In this document: one piece after another, positions 36,775-46,008 of the stretch | Layout of the letters: each line of letters starts with the position of its first letter | Numbering within the stretch: the stretch's first letter is position 1 | Source of the DNA: Candidatus Eiseniibacteriota bacterium | GTDB taxonomy: Bacteria; Eisenbacteria; RBG-16-71-46; JACRLI01 | DNA: 64,000 bases | Assembly: GCA_025351485.1 (NCBI GenBank) | Contig: JANXVU010000147.1 | Coordinates: forward strand, 6,067-70,066 | Direction of reading: 5' to 3' | Notes under the pieces: generated by a model | Told to the model about the DNA's origin: nothing | Seen by the model: the letters and a program-made list of their open reading frames with translations, nothing else | Databases searched by the model: none | Made by a program: the position numbers and the translations under genes

Positions 36775-37818
36775 CTACTTCAGGAAGTAGAACGTCAGGG
36801 CAAACAACGAATAGACCGCGATCAGCAGCACCCCCTCGAACCAGGTGGTCTCCCCGTCCTGGGCGATCGAGTTCACCGCGAACGCCGCCCCGGCGATCGC
36901 GAAGAGCTCCAGCGGATCGTGGAACACCAGGTCCATCGGCGTGCCCATGGCGTAGGAAATCAGTACCAGGAGCGGCGCGGTCAGGAGCGCCACCTGGATT
37001 CCCGAGCCCGCCGTGAGCCCCACCACCAGGTCCATCCGCCCCTTGCGCGCAAAGTAGATCGCCGAGAAGTACTCCGAGGCATTCCCCAGCAACGGCAGGA
37101 TGATCACGCCAAGGAAGATGGTGGAAAGCCCGGTGGTGAGCGCCGCGGCCTCCAGCGCCCCGGTCACGAGCTCGGCCTCCAGCGCCACCGCCAGCGTGGC
37201 GGCCACCAGGATCCCCAGCGACCGGGCCAGCGGCCACGGATCGGAGGCGGCCTCTTCGTCGTCCCCGTCCAGGAACACCCGGTGAGTGATCAGCGTGTAG
37301 CCCAGGTTGGCAAAGTAAGCCAGCAGCAGCACCACCGCCACGCCCAGGCTCAGGTGCTGGTCCAGCGCGGCGGCGCGCGGCGCGCCGACGCTGGCGCGCT
37401 CCACGCTGTCGAACACCGCCGGCACCAGCAGCGCGATCACCGAGAGCATCAGCAGGCTGCCCAGGAGCCCCGCGCGCTCGCGGCGGAAGCTCTGCTTTTC
37501 CCGCCCCACCGTACCCGCCAGGATCGCCACGCCCAGGCCCAGCAGGCTGTTCCCCAGGATCGAACCGATAATGGTGGCCTTGACCACCGCCAGGTTGCCC
37601 GCGCGCAGCACGAACAGGGCCAGGATAAGCTCGGCCATGTTGCCGAACGTCACATTCAGCAGGCCGCCGATGGCCGAACCGGTGCGGTGGGCCAGTTGCT
37701 CGGTGGCCCGACGGATCCACTCGGCCAGCGGCAGGATGGCCGCCGCCGCGCACGCGAACACCGCCACCGCCGGCGCGTGCAGGAAGTGCAGCGCCACCGA
37801 GACCGGGATCAGCAGCAA
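36775..37818 (-). CDS. Ca2+/cation antiporter (CaCA family, ChaA/CAX-like)
   Basis: Two alpha-repeat regions: GNMAELILALFVLRAGNLAVVKATIIGSILGNSLLGLG and GNASEYFSAIYFARKGRMDLVVGLTAGSGIQVALLTAPLLVL. 10-11 TM segments. Start uncertain (TTG near 37818). The upstream 80 codons of the listed ORF are Arg/Pro-rich and probably untranslated. Confidence 0.75.
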   Translation of the reverse strand: MLLIPVSVALHFLHAPAVAVFACAAAAILPLAEWIRRATEQLAHRTGSAIGGLLNVTFGNMAELILALFVLRAGNLAVVKATIIGSILGNSLLGLGVAILAGTVGREKQSFRRERAGLLGSLLMLSVIALLVPAVFDSVERASVGAPRAAALDQHLSLGVAVVLLLAYFANLGYTLITHRVFLDGDDEEAASDPWPLARSLGILVAATLAVALEAELVTGALEAAALTTGLSTIFLGVIILPLLGNASEYFSAIYFARKGRMDLVVGLTAGSGIQVALLTAPLLVLISYAMGTPMDLVFHDPLELFAIAGAAFAVNSIAQDGETTWFEGVLLIAVYSLFALTFYFLK

Positions 37819-38081
37819 GAGCAGTTGAAAGAGCAGGGGTCCCCCGCGGGTTCGGGCTGGCCCCGAGGAACCGGCCGGGCGGCCGCTCGCGGGGGAGCTT
37901 CGCGGGTAGATTACATCGGATGCCCCGCGCGACGCACCCGGTTTGGCGGATGGGGCGTGGCAGGCAGCCGCGGGGCGGTGTAGAGTCGCGGCCTCAGGCC
38001 GCCCGGGGCATCCCGGGCCCGACTCCCACCCGATCACCACCGCCGGACGCGCAGGCCGACCACCGCGCACGAGGAGGGCCG

Positions 38082-38678
38082 ATGGCCCCGATGTACCACG
38101 AAGGCAGCCGCCGCTTCCAGGACCTGTTCGACACCCGGCGCCTGGCCGACCGGATCGAAGAACAGCGCGTGAAACCGGGAATCGACGCCTCCCAGAAGGA
38201 GTTCATCGAGGGCCGCGACATGTTCTTCCTGGCCACCGCCGACGCGGAAGGCCGGCCGAGTTGCTCCTACAAGGGCGGCGACCCGGGGTTCGTGCGGGTG
38301 CTGGACGAGCGCACCCTGGCCTTTCCGCTCTACGACGGCAACGGAATGTACCTATCCGCCGGCAACTCCGCGATCAATCCCCAGGTGGGCCTGCTGTTCA
38401 TTTCCTTCGAGAAGCCGCGCCGGGTGCGGGTGAGCGGCGAGGCCTCGGTGGATCCGGAAGATCCCCTGCTTTCGGAATATCCGGGGGCGCAGATGGTGGT
38501 GCGGGTGCGGACCCGCGAAGTGTTCACCAACTGTCCGCGCTACATTCACCGCTATAAGAAGGAAGAAGCCTCCAGGTTCGTCCCGCGCGGGGACGCGCCG
38601 CCCCCCATCCCGGATTGGAAGCGGGACGCCTGGGCCAAGGACGTTCTTCCGAAGGGAGATCCGGCGACGGAAAGTTAG
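38082..38678 (+). CDS. pyridoxamine-5'-phosphate-oxidase-like FMN-binding split-barrel protein
   Basis: GAGGAGGG RBS, ATG 38082. ...FFLATADAEGRPSCSYKGGDPGFVRVLDERTLAFPLYDGNGMYLSAGN... is the PNPOx-like fold. Confidence 0.7.
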   Translation: MAPMYHEGSRRFQDLFDTRRLADRIEEQRVKPGIDASQKEFIEGRDMFFLATADAEGRPSCSYKGGDPGFVRVLDERTLAFPLYDGNGMYLSAGNSAINPQVGLLFISFEKPRRVRVSGEASVDPEDPLLSEYPGAQMVVRVRTREVFTNCPRYIHRYKKEEASRFVPRGDAPPPIPDWKRDAWAKDVLPKGDPATES

Positions 38679-38789
38679 CGGGCGAATCGGGCTGGCCCAC
38701 CCGGCCGGTCCGGGTGTAGAATCCCCCCATTGCAAGCACAGGCGGCCCCGGACACTTCGCCGCTCTCCATCCACGAATCGGAGGCACCC

Positions 38790-39218
38790 ATGGGTCTGCT
38801 CGACAATCTGCTGGGCCAGGTCGGCCAGATGCTCGGCGGCACCGCCACCGGCACCACCCAGAACAACCTGCTAGGCGGAATCATCGAAATGGTGCAGCAG
38901 CACCCCGAAGGCCTGCAGGGCCTGATGAACCAGTTCAACGGCGCGGGCCTTGGAAACATCGTGCAGTCCTGGATTTCCACCGGCCAGAATCTGCCGATCT
39001 CGCCGGAACAGATCCAGGGCGCGCTCAACAATGAGCAGTTGCAGACTCTGGCCGCCAAGGCCGGCGTCAATCCCCAGGAAGTCGCCACCCAGCTATCCAG
39101 CCTGCTGCCGGGGCTGGTGGACAAACTCACGCCGAACGGGCAGCTGCCGACGGGCGGGATTGTGGACCACCTGCAGGGATTGCTGGGAGGCCTGGGAAAC
39201 CTGGGCGGAACCAAGTAG
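38790..39218 (+). CDS. YidB-family (DUF937) protein
   Basis: GGAGG RBS, ATG 38790. MGLLDNLLGQVGQMLGG...GLQGLMNQFNGAGLGNIVQSWISTGQNLPISPEQIQGALNNEQLQTLAAKAGVNPQEVATQLSSLLPGLVDKLTPNG shows the typical YidB repeat architecture. Confidence 0.7.
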   Translation: MGLLDNLLGQVGQMLGGTATGTTQNNLLGGIIEMVQQHPEGLQGLMNQFNGAGLGNIVQSWISTGQNLPISPEQIQGALNNEQLQTLAAKAGVNPQEVATQLSSLLPGLVDKLTPNGQLPTGGIVDHLQGLLGGLGNLGGTK

Positions 39219-39250
39219 GCCGCTCCGGTGCCCTGCGCCGGATGCGAGAA

Positions 39251-39289
39251 GCCCCCGGAGACGCCAATCCCCGGGGGCTTCGTTTTTTG
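39251..39289 (+). terminator. intrinsic terminator downstream of the YidB-like gene
   Basis: Stem gcccccgg / ccgggggc (39251-39258 / 39271-39278), 12-nt loop, then ttcgttttttg. Confidence 0.7.
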
Positions 39290-39596
39290 CTGGTGCAACC
39301 CGAACAGCGGGCTAGGAGCCTGTCCAATTAGATCGTAGCTACCGCACTTGAGGGCTCGGCACGAGGAAATATACTCTGCCCGGATTCCTCGAAAGTGACT
39401 GCACCCGAGACCTCCAGGATGGTCGCTCGGATACCGCCTCGATCGTATTGATAGAATTGAATGCTTGGTGGTTTCGTAGCGGGGTTTGGAAAGGTCCGGA
39501 TCGCTTCTTTTGCGCCAACATGCTCCCCGGAGACCGACGTGACCGAAGATATCCCGACGGTCGGGGGGGACCCGGAGCCTACCCCACTGCCCGGAC

Positions 39597-40991
39597 CTAG
39601 ACCGTTCGCGAGTAAGTCGGCTTCCCCGCATCCGGCTGCTTCAGGTAGCGGTCGAACTCCATCGCGACCAGCCGCACGAACAGCCGCCCCATTTCGGTGA
39701 CCTCCACCACTCCGCCCTCGACGTTGGCAATGCCGTCCGCCACCGGGCCGCGCTTGAGCGACTCGAGCTCGGTCGCGAAGTGCCTCCGGAAGTCGATCCC
39801 GAACTTCTGCTCCACCGCCGGCACGTTCACCCTGAAGTTGCACATCAGCTGCATGATCACGTCGCGGCGCAGCGCGTCGTCGCCCACCAGCGCGTAGCCC
39901 TTTTCGGTGGCCGGGCGGCCGCCATCCACCGCCGCGTAGTAGATCGGCAGCTTCTTGGTGTTCTGCGCGAAGGCCTCGCGCACGTCGCCGATCGCCGAAA
40001 CTCCCATGCCGATCTGGTCGCTTGCCGGCATCACGGTGTATCCCATGAAGTTCCGATACAGGCTTCCGGAGGCCGAGGCGCGCGCCAACTCGTCGGTCGC
40101 GAGCGCGAAGTGGTCCATGCCCACCTGCACGTAGCCGCCCGACAGGAATCCGTCGATGGCGGTGGCGAAGAGCTCCACCTTCACCTCGCGCGCCGGCAGG
40201 TCCTCGGGCTGGATGCCCTTCTGGTTGTGCTTGATCCAGGGCACGTGCGCGTAGGAATAGCAGGCGACGCGGTCGGGACGCAGGCTCACCACCTGCTCCA
40301 CGGTCTGCGCGAACGACTCGGGGTTCTGGTAGGGCAGGCCGTAGATGAGGTCCAGGTTGATGGAGCCGAAGCCCTCCGCGCGGCAGGCGTCGAAGCACTC
40401 CTTGGTCATGTCGAAGGGCTGGATGCGGTTCACCGCCTCCTGCACCTCGGGCGTGAAGTCCTGCACCCCCATCGAGATCCGGTTCCATCCGAGCTTTCGG
40501 AGCAGCGCGATCTGGTCGCGCGTGGTGACCCGCGGGTCCACTTCGATCGCGACCTCGGCGTCGGGCGTGAACTGGAACTCCTCGCGCACCACGTGGTGCA
40601 GATGCTCGATCTGTTCGCAGGTCAGGTAGGTCGGCGTGCCGCCGCCCCAGTGGTACTGGTTCACCTGGCGGCGGTCCTTGAGGCGGGAGGCGATCAATCG
40701 CACCTCGCGCTCCAGGGACTCCAGGTAGCGGTCCGAGATCCCGGTCTTGCGGGTGATGATCACGTTGCAGCCGCAGAACCAGCAGCGCTCTTCGCAGAAC
40801 GGCAGGTGCAGGTACAGCGAGACCGGCGAGTCCTTGAGCTCGGAGGCGCGCTCCAGGTGCTCCAGGTACTGGTCGGCCCCGAAGCTCTCGGAAAACTCGA
40901 CCGCGGTGGGATAGCTGGTGTAGCGCGGTCCCGGCCGGTCGAACCGGGCCAGCCGTTCCGCGGTGACCTGGATTCTCTCGTTTCGGATCAT
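39597..40991 (-). CDS. hemN: oxygen-independent coproporphyrinogen-III oxidase (radical SAM)
   Basis: MIRNERIQVTAERLARFDRPGPRYTSYPTAVEF...SLYLHLPFCEERCWFCGCN (CxxxCxxC radical-SAM motif)...GGGTPTYL. ATG 40989-40991. Confidence 0.9.
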   Translation of the reverse strand: MIRNERIQVTAERLARFDRPGPRYTSYPTAVEFSESFGADQYLEHLERASELKDSPVSLYLHLPFCEERCWFCGCNVIITRKTGISDRYLESLEREVRLIASRLKDRRQVNQYHWGGGTPTYLTCEQIEHLHHVVREEFQFTPDAEVAIEVDPRVTTRDQIALLRKLGWNRISMGVQDFTPEVQEAVNRIQPFDMTKECFDACRAEGFGSINLDLIYGLPYQNPESFAQTVEQVVSLRPDRVACYSYAHVPWIKHNQKGIQPEDLPAREVKVELFATAIDGFLSGGYVQVGMDHFALATDELARASASGSLYRNFMGYTVMPASDQIGMGVSAIGDVREAFAQNTKKLPIYYAAVDGGRPATEKGYALVGDDALRRDVIMQLMCNFRVNVPAVEQKFGIDFRRHFATELESLKRGPVADGIANVEGGVVEVTEMGRLFVRLVAMEFDRYLKQPDAGKPTYSRTV

Positions 40992-42028
40992 GCCGTGGGC
41001 CTCCACTCGCGCACCGTGTCCACTAGGGCCTGCACGCATTCGAGCGGGGCGTTCGGCAGGATGCCGTGCCCCAGGTTAAAGATGTGTCCGGGTCTGCCGG
41101 CGTTGCTTTCCAGAACCTGCCGCGCGCGGCGGCGCACCTGGTCAGGGCCCGCGAGCAGCGAGACCGGGTCCATGTTGCCCTGGACGGCCAGGTTCGGCCC
41201 CAGAATGTCGCGCGCCGAGCCGATGTCCATCCGAAAATCCAGTCCCACCACCTGCACCGGCAACTGCGAGATGCGCTTGAGCGCCCCTGCCGTGCCGTTG
41301 GAATAGTAGATGATCGGCACGTTGTATCGCGCCATGGCCCGGGCCACCTTGTCGACCGGCCCGGCCACGTAGCGGTCGAACTCTTCGGGAGCCAGCAGCC
41401 CCGCGTGGGTGTCGAACAGCATCAGCGCGTCGGCGCCGGCCTCGGCCTGCGATCCCAGGTACTCGATGGTTCCCTGGGTGAGCGTGTCCAGCAACGCGTT
41501 GGCCGCCTCGGGCGCGGTAAACAGCAGCGACTTGATTCGCTCGAAGTTCCGCGAGCCGCCGCCTTCGACCATGTAGGTCGCCACGGTGAACGGGGCGCCC
41601 GCGAACCCGATCAGCGGCGTCTCGCCCTTCAGCAGTTCGCGCGATGCGCGCACCGCACCGGGCACGAAGGAAAGCTTTTCCGCGACCTCCCCGGTGTGCA
41701 GCTTGCTCACGTCCGCCAGCGATTCGATCCGCGACTTGAACACCGGGCCGGGATTGAATTCCACGTCCATGCCCAGCGCCTGGCAGATGAGCAGGATGTC
41801 GCTGAACAGGATCGCCGCGTCGAATCCGTAGCGGCGGATCGGCTGCACCGTCACCTCCGCGGCCAGCTCCGGCGTGCGGCACACGGTCAGGAAGTCGTGC
41901 TTCGCGCGCAGTTCCCGGTACTCGGGCAGGTAGCGGCCCGCCTGGCGCATGACCCAGATGGGAGTGCGCTCCAACGGCTGGCGGCGGCAGGCGCGGATGA
42001 AGAGCGATGTTTCGAGCGACGTGGGCAA
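40988..42028 (-). CDS. hemE: uroporphyrinogen decarboxylase
   Basis: TTG start 42026-42028 with GGGAG 6 nt upstream, giving (M)PTSLETSLFIRACRRQPLERTPIWVMRQAGRYLPEYRELR... The N-terminal block is characteristic of HemE. The stop overlaps the hemN start (ATGA). Confidence 0.9.
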   Translation of the reverse strand: MPTSLETSLFIRACRRQPLERTPIWVMRQAGRYLPEYRELRAKHDFLTVCRTPELAAEVTVQPIRRYGFDAAILFSDILLICQALGMDVEFNPGPVFKSRIESLADVSKLHTGEVAEKLSFVPGAVRASRELLKGETPLIGFAGAPFTVATYMVEGGGSRNFERIKSLLFTAPEAANALLDTLTQGTIEYLGSQAEAGADALMLFDTHAGLLAPEEFDRYVAGPVDKVARAMARYNVPIIYYSNGTAGALKRISQLPVQVVGLDFRMDIGSARDILGPNLAVQGNMDPVSLLAGPDQVRRRARQVLESNAGRPGHIFNLGHGILPNAPLECVQALVDTVREWRPTA

Positions 42029-42030
42029 GT

Positions 42031-43353
42031 CTATCTCCCGTCCCTGGCGGCGGCCAGCGACTCGGCGGCGGCGCGCAGCGTGAAATCGATGTCGGCGTCG
42101 GTGTGCGCCGAAGAAAGAAAAGCCGATTCGAACGGCGAGGGCGGCAGGTAGATCCCCCGCGCGAGCATGGCGGCATGAAAGCGCACGAACATCGCCCGGT
42201 CGGCGCGCAGGACGGACTCCATGTCGTCCACCGGACCGGGCGCGAAAAACAGGCTCCACATCGAGCCCACCTGGTTGACCGTGGCGGTGAGGCCCGCCGT
42301 GGCCACGGCCTTGCGTAGTCCTTCGGCGAGCCGGGCGGCGGACGCTTCCGCCCGCTCCGAGGCCCCGGAAGTTTCCACCTCGTGCAGCGCGGCGATCCCC
42401 GCGGCGCACGACACCGGGTTACCGGAATTGGTCCCGGCCTGGTAAACCGGGCCGGCCGGCGCGATACGCTCCATCAGGTCCGCCCGGCCGCCGTAGGCCG
42501 CGATCGGCATGCCGCCCCCGATCACCTTGCCAAGGGTCACCAGGTCCGCGCGCACGCCGTAGCGCGCCTGCGCGCCGCCGCGGGCCACCCGGAACCCGGT
42601 CATGACCTCGTCGAAGCACAGCAGCGCCCCCTCGGCGTCGCACAGCTCGCGCAGGCCCTGCAGGAATCCCGGTCGCGGCGGGAGAACACCGTAGTTCCCC
42701 ACCACCGGCTCCACGAACAGCGCCGCGATCTTCCCCGGGTGCGCCTTGAATACCGCGCGCACCGAATCCAGGTCGTTGTAGCGCGCCACCCGGGTCATGG
42801 CCGCCAGCGCCGCGGGCACGCCCGGGGAGTCCGGCAGATCCAGGGTGGCCGCGCCGCTCCCCGCCTTGACCAGGAAGGAATCCGCGTGGCCGTGATAGCA
42901 GCCGTCGAACTTAATGAGCAGGTCGCGGCCGGTGGCGGCCCGCGCCAGGCGCAGCGCGCTCATGGTGGCCTCGGTCCCGGAACTCACCAGGCGCACCCGT
43001 TCCATGTTGGGCACCAGTCTCAGGATGGCCTCCGCCAGCTCCACTTCGCCGGCGCACGGGGCCCCGAACACCATCCCGCGGCCGGCCTGCTCCTGCACCG
43101 CCCGGACCACCGTGGGCGCGCCGTGGCCCAGCAGCAGCGGTCCCCAGGCCAGCACGTAGTCCAGGTAGCGGTTCCCGTCCACGTCGAACAGGTACGGCCC
43201 CTCGGCGTGGTCCATGAACCGCGGCGTACCGCCCACCGACTTGAACGCGCGCACCGGGGAATTCACCCCGCCGGGCATGAGCGTGCAGGCCCGGCGAAAG
43301 AGTTCGGCGCTCTTCTGCACCGCGGAGGCGGCGATGTTTCCGGTGTCGGTCAT
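42031..43353 (-). CDS. hemL: glutamate-1-semialdehyde 2,1-aminomutase
   Basis: ...LMPGGVNSPVRAF...YLDYVLAWGPLLLGH...CFDEVMTGFRV...TLGKVIGGGMPIAAYGG (PLP lysine) - canonical HemL. Confidence 0.9.
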   Translation of the reverse strand: MTDTGNIAASAVQKSAELFRRACTLMPGGVNSPVRAFKSVGGTPRFMDHAEGPYLFDVDGNRYLDYVLAWGPLLLGHGAPTVVRAVQEQAGRGMVFGAPCAGEVELAEAILRLVPNMERVRLVSSGTEATMSALRLARAATGRDLLIKFDGCYHGHADSFLVKAGSGAATLDLPDSPGVPAALAAMTRVARYNDLDSVRAVFKAHPGKIAALFVEPVVGNYGVLPPRPGFLQGLRELCDAEGALLCFDEVMTGFRVARGGAQARYGVRADLVTLGKVIGGGMPIAAYGGRADLMERIAPAGPVYQAGTNSGNPVSCAAGIAALHEVETSGASERAEASAARLAEGLRKAVATAGLTATVNQVGSMWSLFFAPGPVDDMESVLRADRAMFVRFHAAMLARGIYLPPSPFESAFLSSAHTDADIDFTLRAAAESLAAARDGR

Positions 43354-43363
43354 GTCGTTCCCT

Positions 43364-44332
43364 CTAGAGCAGCTCCGCGAGCTCGCGGGCGTGGTAGGTG
43401 ATGATCATGTCGGCGCCGGCCCGGCGGATGGAGGTCAGCACCTCCAGCGCGGCTCGCTCGCCGTCCAGCCAGCCCTTTTCCGCGGCCGCCTTGATCATGG
43501 AATACTCGCCGGAAACGTTGTACGCGCACACCGGCACCCGGAAGGTGTCCTTGACCCGGCGGATGATGTCCAGGTAGGGCAGCGCGGGCTTGATCATCAC
43601 CGCGTCCGCTCCCTCGGCCAGGTCCATCTCCACCTCGCGCAGCGCCTCGTCGGTGTTCGGCGGGTCCATCTGGTAGCCGCGCCGGTCGCCGGACTTGGGA
43701 GTGGACTCGGCCGCTTCCCGGAACGGCCCGTAGAAGGCCGAGGCGTACTTGGCGGCGTAGGAAACGATCGGGGTCATTTCGAAGCCCTCGCCGTCCAGCG
43801 TCTCGCGGATCGCGCCCACGCGGCCGTCCATCATGTCGGAGGGGGCGATGATGTCGGCGCCGGCCTTGGCGTACTCGACCGCCATGCGCGAGAGCAGCTC
43901 CAGGGTGGCGTCATTGTCCACGTGGGCGTTCCTGAGCACGCCGCAGTGGCCGTGGTCGGTGTACTCGCACAGGCACACGTCGGTCCACACCACCAGGTCG
44001 GGGTGCGCCTTCTTGAGCGCCCGGACGGCGGTGGCCACCACGCCCTTGGGATCGTAGCCGGAGGAGCCCAACGCGTCCTTGGTCTCGGGGATTCCGAACA
44101 GCAGCACCGAGTTCACCCCGCGTGCCAGCGACTCGCCGGCGGCCTTCACGGTGAGGTCGACGGACTGCTGCGAATAGCCGGGCATGGATGCGATGGGCCG
44201 GTCCAGCCCCTGGCCCGGGCACACGAACAGCGGCTGGACCAGCTGGTCCGGGGAGACTCGGGTCTCGCGCACCAGGGCGCGCAGCGCGGGCGTGCGGCGA
44301 AAGCGGCGCATGCGAAGCTCGGGAAAATTCAC
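43364..44332 (-). CDS. hemB: porphobilinogen synthase (delta-aminolevulinate dehydratase)
   Basis: RMRRFRRTPALRALVRET...VLLFGIP...CLCEYTDHGHCG...SDMMDGRV...YAAKYASAFYGPFREA...VMIKPALPYLDIIR - the active-site Lys blocks. Confidence 0.9.
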   Translation of the reverse strand: MNFPELRMRRFRRTPALRALVRETRVSPDQLVQPLFVCPGQGLDRPIASMPGYSQQSVDLTVKAAGESLARGVNSVLLFGIPETKDALGSSGYDPKGVVATAVRALKKAHPDLVVWTDVCLCEYTDHGHCGVLRNAHVDNDATLELLSRMAVEYAKAGADIIAPSDMMDGRVGAIRETLDGEGFEMTPIVSYAAKYASAFYGPFREAAESTPKSGDRRGYQMDPPNTDEALREVEMDLAEGADAVMIKPALPYLDIIRRVKDTFRVPVCAYNVSGEYSMIKAAAEKGWLDGERAALEVLTSIRRAGADMIITYHARELAELL

Positions 44333-44339
44333 TTCGGGT

Positions 44340-45092
44340 TCATCCTTTCAGGATCGAGGTCAGGGCCTCGGCCACGCCCTCTCCGTCGGCGGCCGGGGCG
44401 CGCATCACCCGGGTCGCTCCGGCGCGGGTGAGGCGGATCTCGGTCGTCGTGCCCTGGGCGATGCAGGGAATTCCCATCAGCGTGCGCCACGCCGCGCTGT
44501 CCATGTTCTGCCGCAGCGAATCCACGGCCGAGGGCGACGCAAACACCGCCGCCGCCAGCAAGTGCTTGTCCATGGCGGAAAGAAGCTGCGCCACGTTCAC
44601 GTGCACCCCGATGGTGCGATAGACTTCCAACTCTTCCACTTCCCACCCGGCATCTTCCAGCGCGTCGGGCAGCGTGTCGAGCGACAGATTGCCCCTCAGG
44701 AACAGCGCCCGCCGCGGCTCGGGGTGACGGGCCAGCAGCCATTCGGCCATCTCCAGCGCTCCGGTGCCGGGCGAGATTTCCACTTCTACTCCCAGGCGCG
44801 CGAGCGGCTCGGCGGTGGCCTTTCCAACCGCCACGCACACCGGCAGCACTTCCAGGTCCGGCCCGAGGGCCGCGGCCAGGGCCGCGGAAGCCCGCGCGCT
44901 GGTGAGCGCGATCAGGTCGGGGGGAGTGTCCGAGCGCAGCCTTTCCGAAAGTTTCGAGATCTCGCGGCCGGGCTCGAACCGCAGCACTTCCAGTTCGATC
45001 TGGGCGCAGCCGGCCGACTGGACCGCGTGCCGCTCCGGGCAGTCCTTGTCGAGGACCCGCGTGAACAGGACCTTCCGGCGTCCCTCGCTCAT
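44340..45092 (-). CDS. hemD: uroporphyrinogen-III synthase
   Basis: 250 aa with a HEM4 two-lobe pattern (VLFTRVL...ALTSARA...; ...LFLRGNLS...AAVFASPSAV...). Sits between hemB and hemC. Confidence 0.8.
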   Translation of the reverse strand: MSEGRRKVLFTRVLDKDCPERHAVQSAGCAQIELEVLRFEPGREISKLSERLRSDTPPDLIALTSARASAALAAALGPDLEVLPVCVAVGKATAEPLARLGVEVEISPGTGALEMAEWLLARHPEPRRALFLRGNLSLDTLPDALEDAGWEVEELEVYRTIGVHVNVAQLLSAMDKHLLAAAVFASPSAVDSLRQNMDSAAWRTLMGIPCIAQGTTTEIRLTRAGATRVMRAPAADGEGVAEALTSILKG

Positions 45093-45105
45093 CGGTCGCG
45101 CTTGC

Positions 45106-46008
45106 TCACAGGCTCGGCAGCAATTCCGCGGCGCCCTGCTCCAGCAGCGCCGTGGCCACCTGCCGGCCCAGCGCCTCGGGGTCGCGGGCGGTGCCGGCGC
45201 CCGAGGCGCGCAGCACCGTCTTGCCGTCCAGCGAGCAGGCGCATCCGGTCAGGAGCAGCCGGCCGTCTTCGATGCGGCCCCAGCCGCCGATCGGGAGCCG
45301 GCACCCGCCGCCGAGCCGGCGCAGAAGCGCTCTCTCGGCCAGCACCGCCGCCTTGGTGTCGGCGTGGCTGATCCCCACGGCCGCGGCGCACGTCTCGGTG
45401 TCGCCCGAGCGGGCCTCCAGCCCCAGCGCGCCCTGCGAGATGGCGGGCAGCATCACCTCGGGCTCCAGGACCTGCGTGATCCGGTCCGCGAGCCCGAGCC
45501 GCTTCAGCCCGGCCACGGCCAGCACGATGGCGTCGAACTCTCCCTCGTCCATCTTCCGGATGCGCGTGGGCACGTTGCCGCGGATCTCCACGCATACCAG
45601 GTCCGGGCGCGCCGCCAGCACCTGGGAACTTCGCCGCTGCGAGGAAGTGCCGACGCGGCCGCCCGCGGGGATTCGTTCCAACGTCAGGCCGCCGCGCGAG
45701 AGCCACGCATCCCGCGGATCCTCCCGCACCGGCACGCCCGCCAGGGTCAACCCCTCGGGCAAAATGGTGGGCAGATCCTTCAAAGAATGCACCGCCAGGT
45801 CGGCCACCTCGCCGAGCAGCGCCTGCTCCAGCTCGCGCGTGAACACCCCGAGCCCGCCGATTTCTGAAAGCGGGCGCACCCGGTCCTTGTCTCCCGAGGT
45901 GCGGATCTCCAGGAGCTCCACCCCCGGAACCCCGGCATCCCGGAGCAGACCTGCAATGTGGTTGGACTGTGCCAGCGCCAGCGCGCTAGCGCGCGTCGCG
46001 ATCTTCAT
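45106..46008 (-). CDS. hemC: hydroxymethylbilane synthase (porphobilinogen deaminase)
   Basis: MKIATRASALALAQSNHIAGLL...AVHSLKDLPT...RVGTSSQRRSSQ...IRGNVPTRIRK...GGCRLPIGG (dipyrromethane cofactor Cys). Confidence 0.9.
   Translation of the reverse strand: MKIATRASALALAQSNHIAGLLRDAGVPGVELLEIRTSGDKDRVRPLSEIGGLGVFTRELEQALLGEVADLAVHSLKDLPTILPEGLTLAGVPVREDPRDAWLSRGGLTLERIPAGGRVGTSSQRRSSQVLAARPDLVCVEIRGNVPTRIRKMDEGEFDAIVLAVAGLKRLGLADRITQVLEPEVMLPAISQGALGLEARSGDTETCAAAVGISHADTKAAVLAERALLRRLGGGCRLPIGGWGRIEDGRLLLTGCACSLDGKTVLRASGAGTARDPEALGRQVATALLEQGAAELLPSL

Noticed and set aside
37819-38070. N-terminal 84 codons of the CaCA antiporter ORF
   Set aside because: Arg/Pro/Gly-rich with no TM helix. 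It overlaps the divergent promoter region of the PNPOx-like gene. The antiporter more likely starts near 37818.
39328-41306. ORFs 39328..40488- and 39780..41306+
   Set aside because: Alternate or antisense frames of hemN/hemE. Arg/Gly/His-rich.
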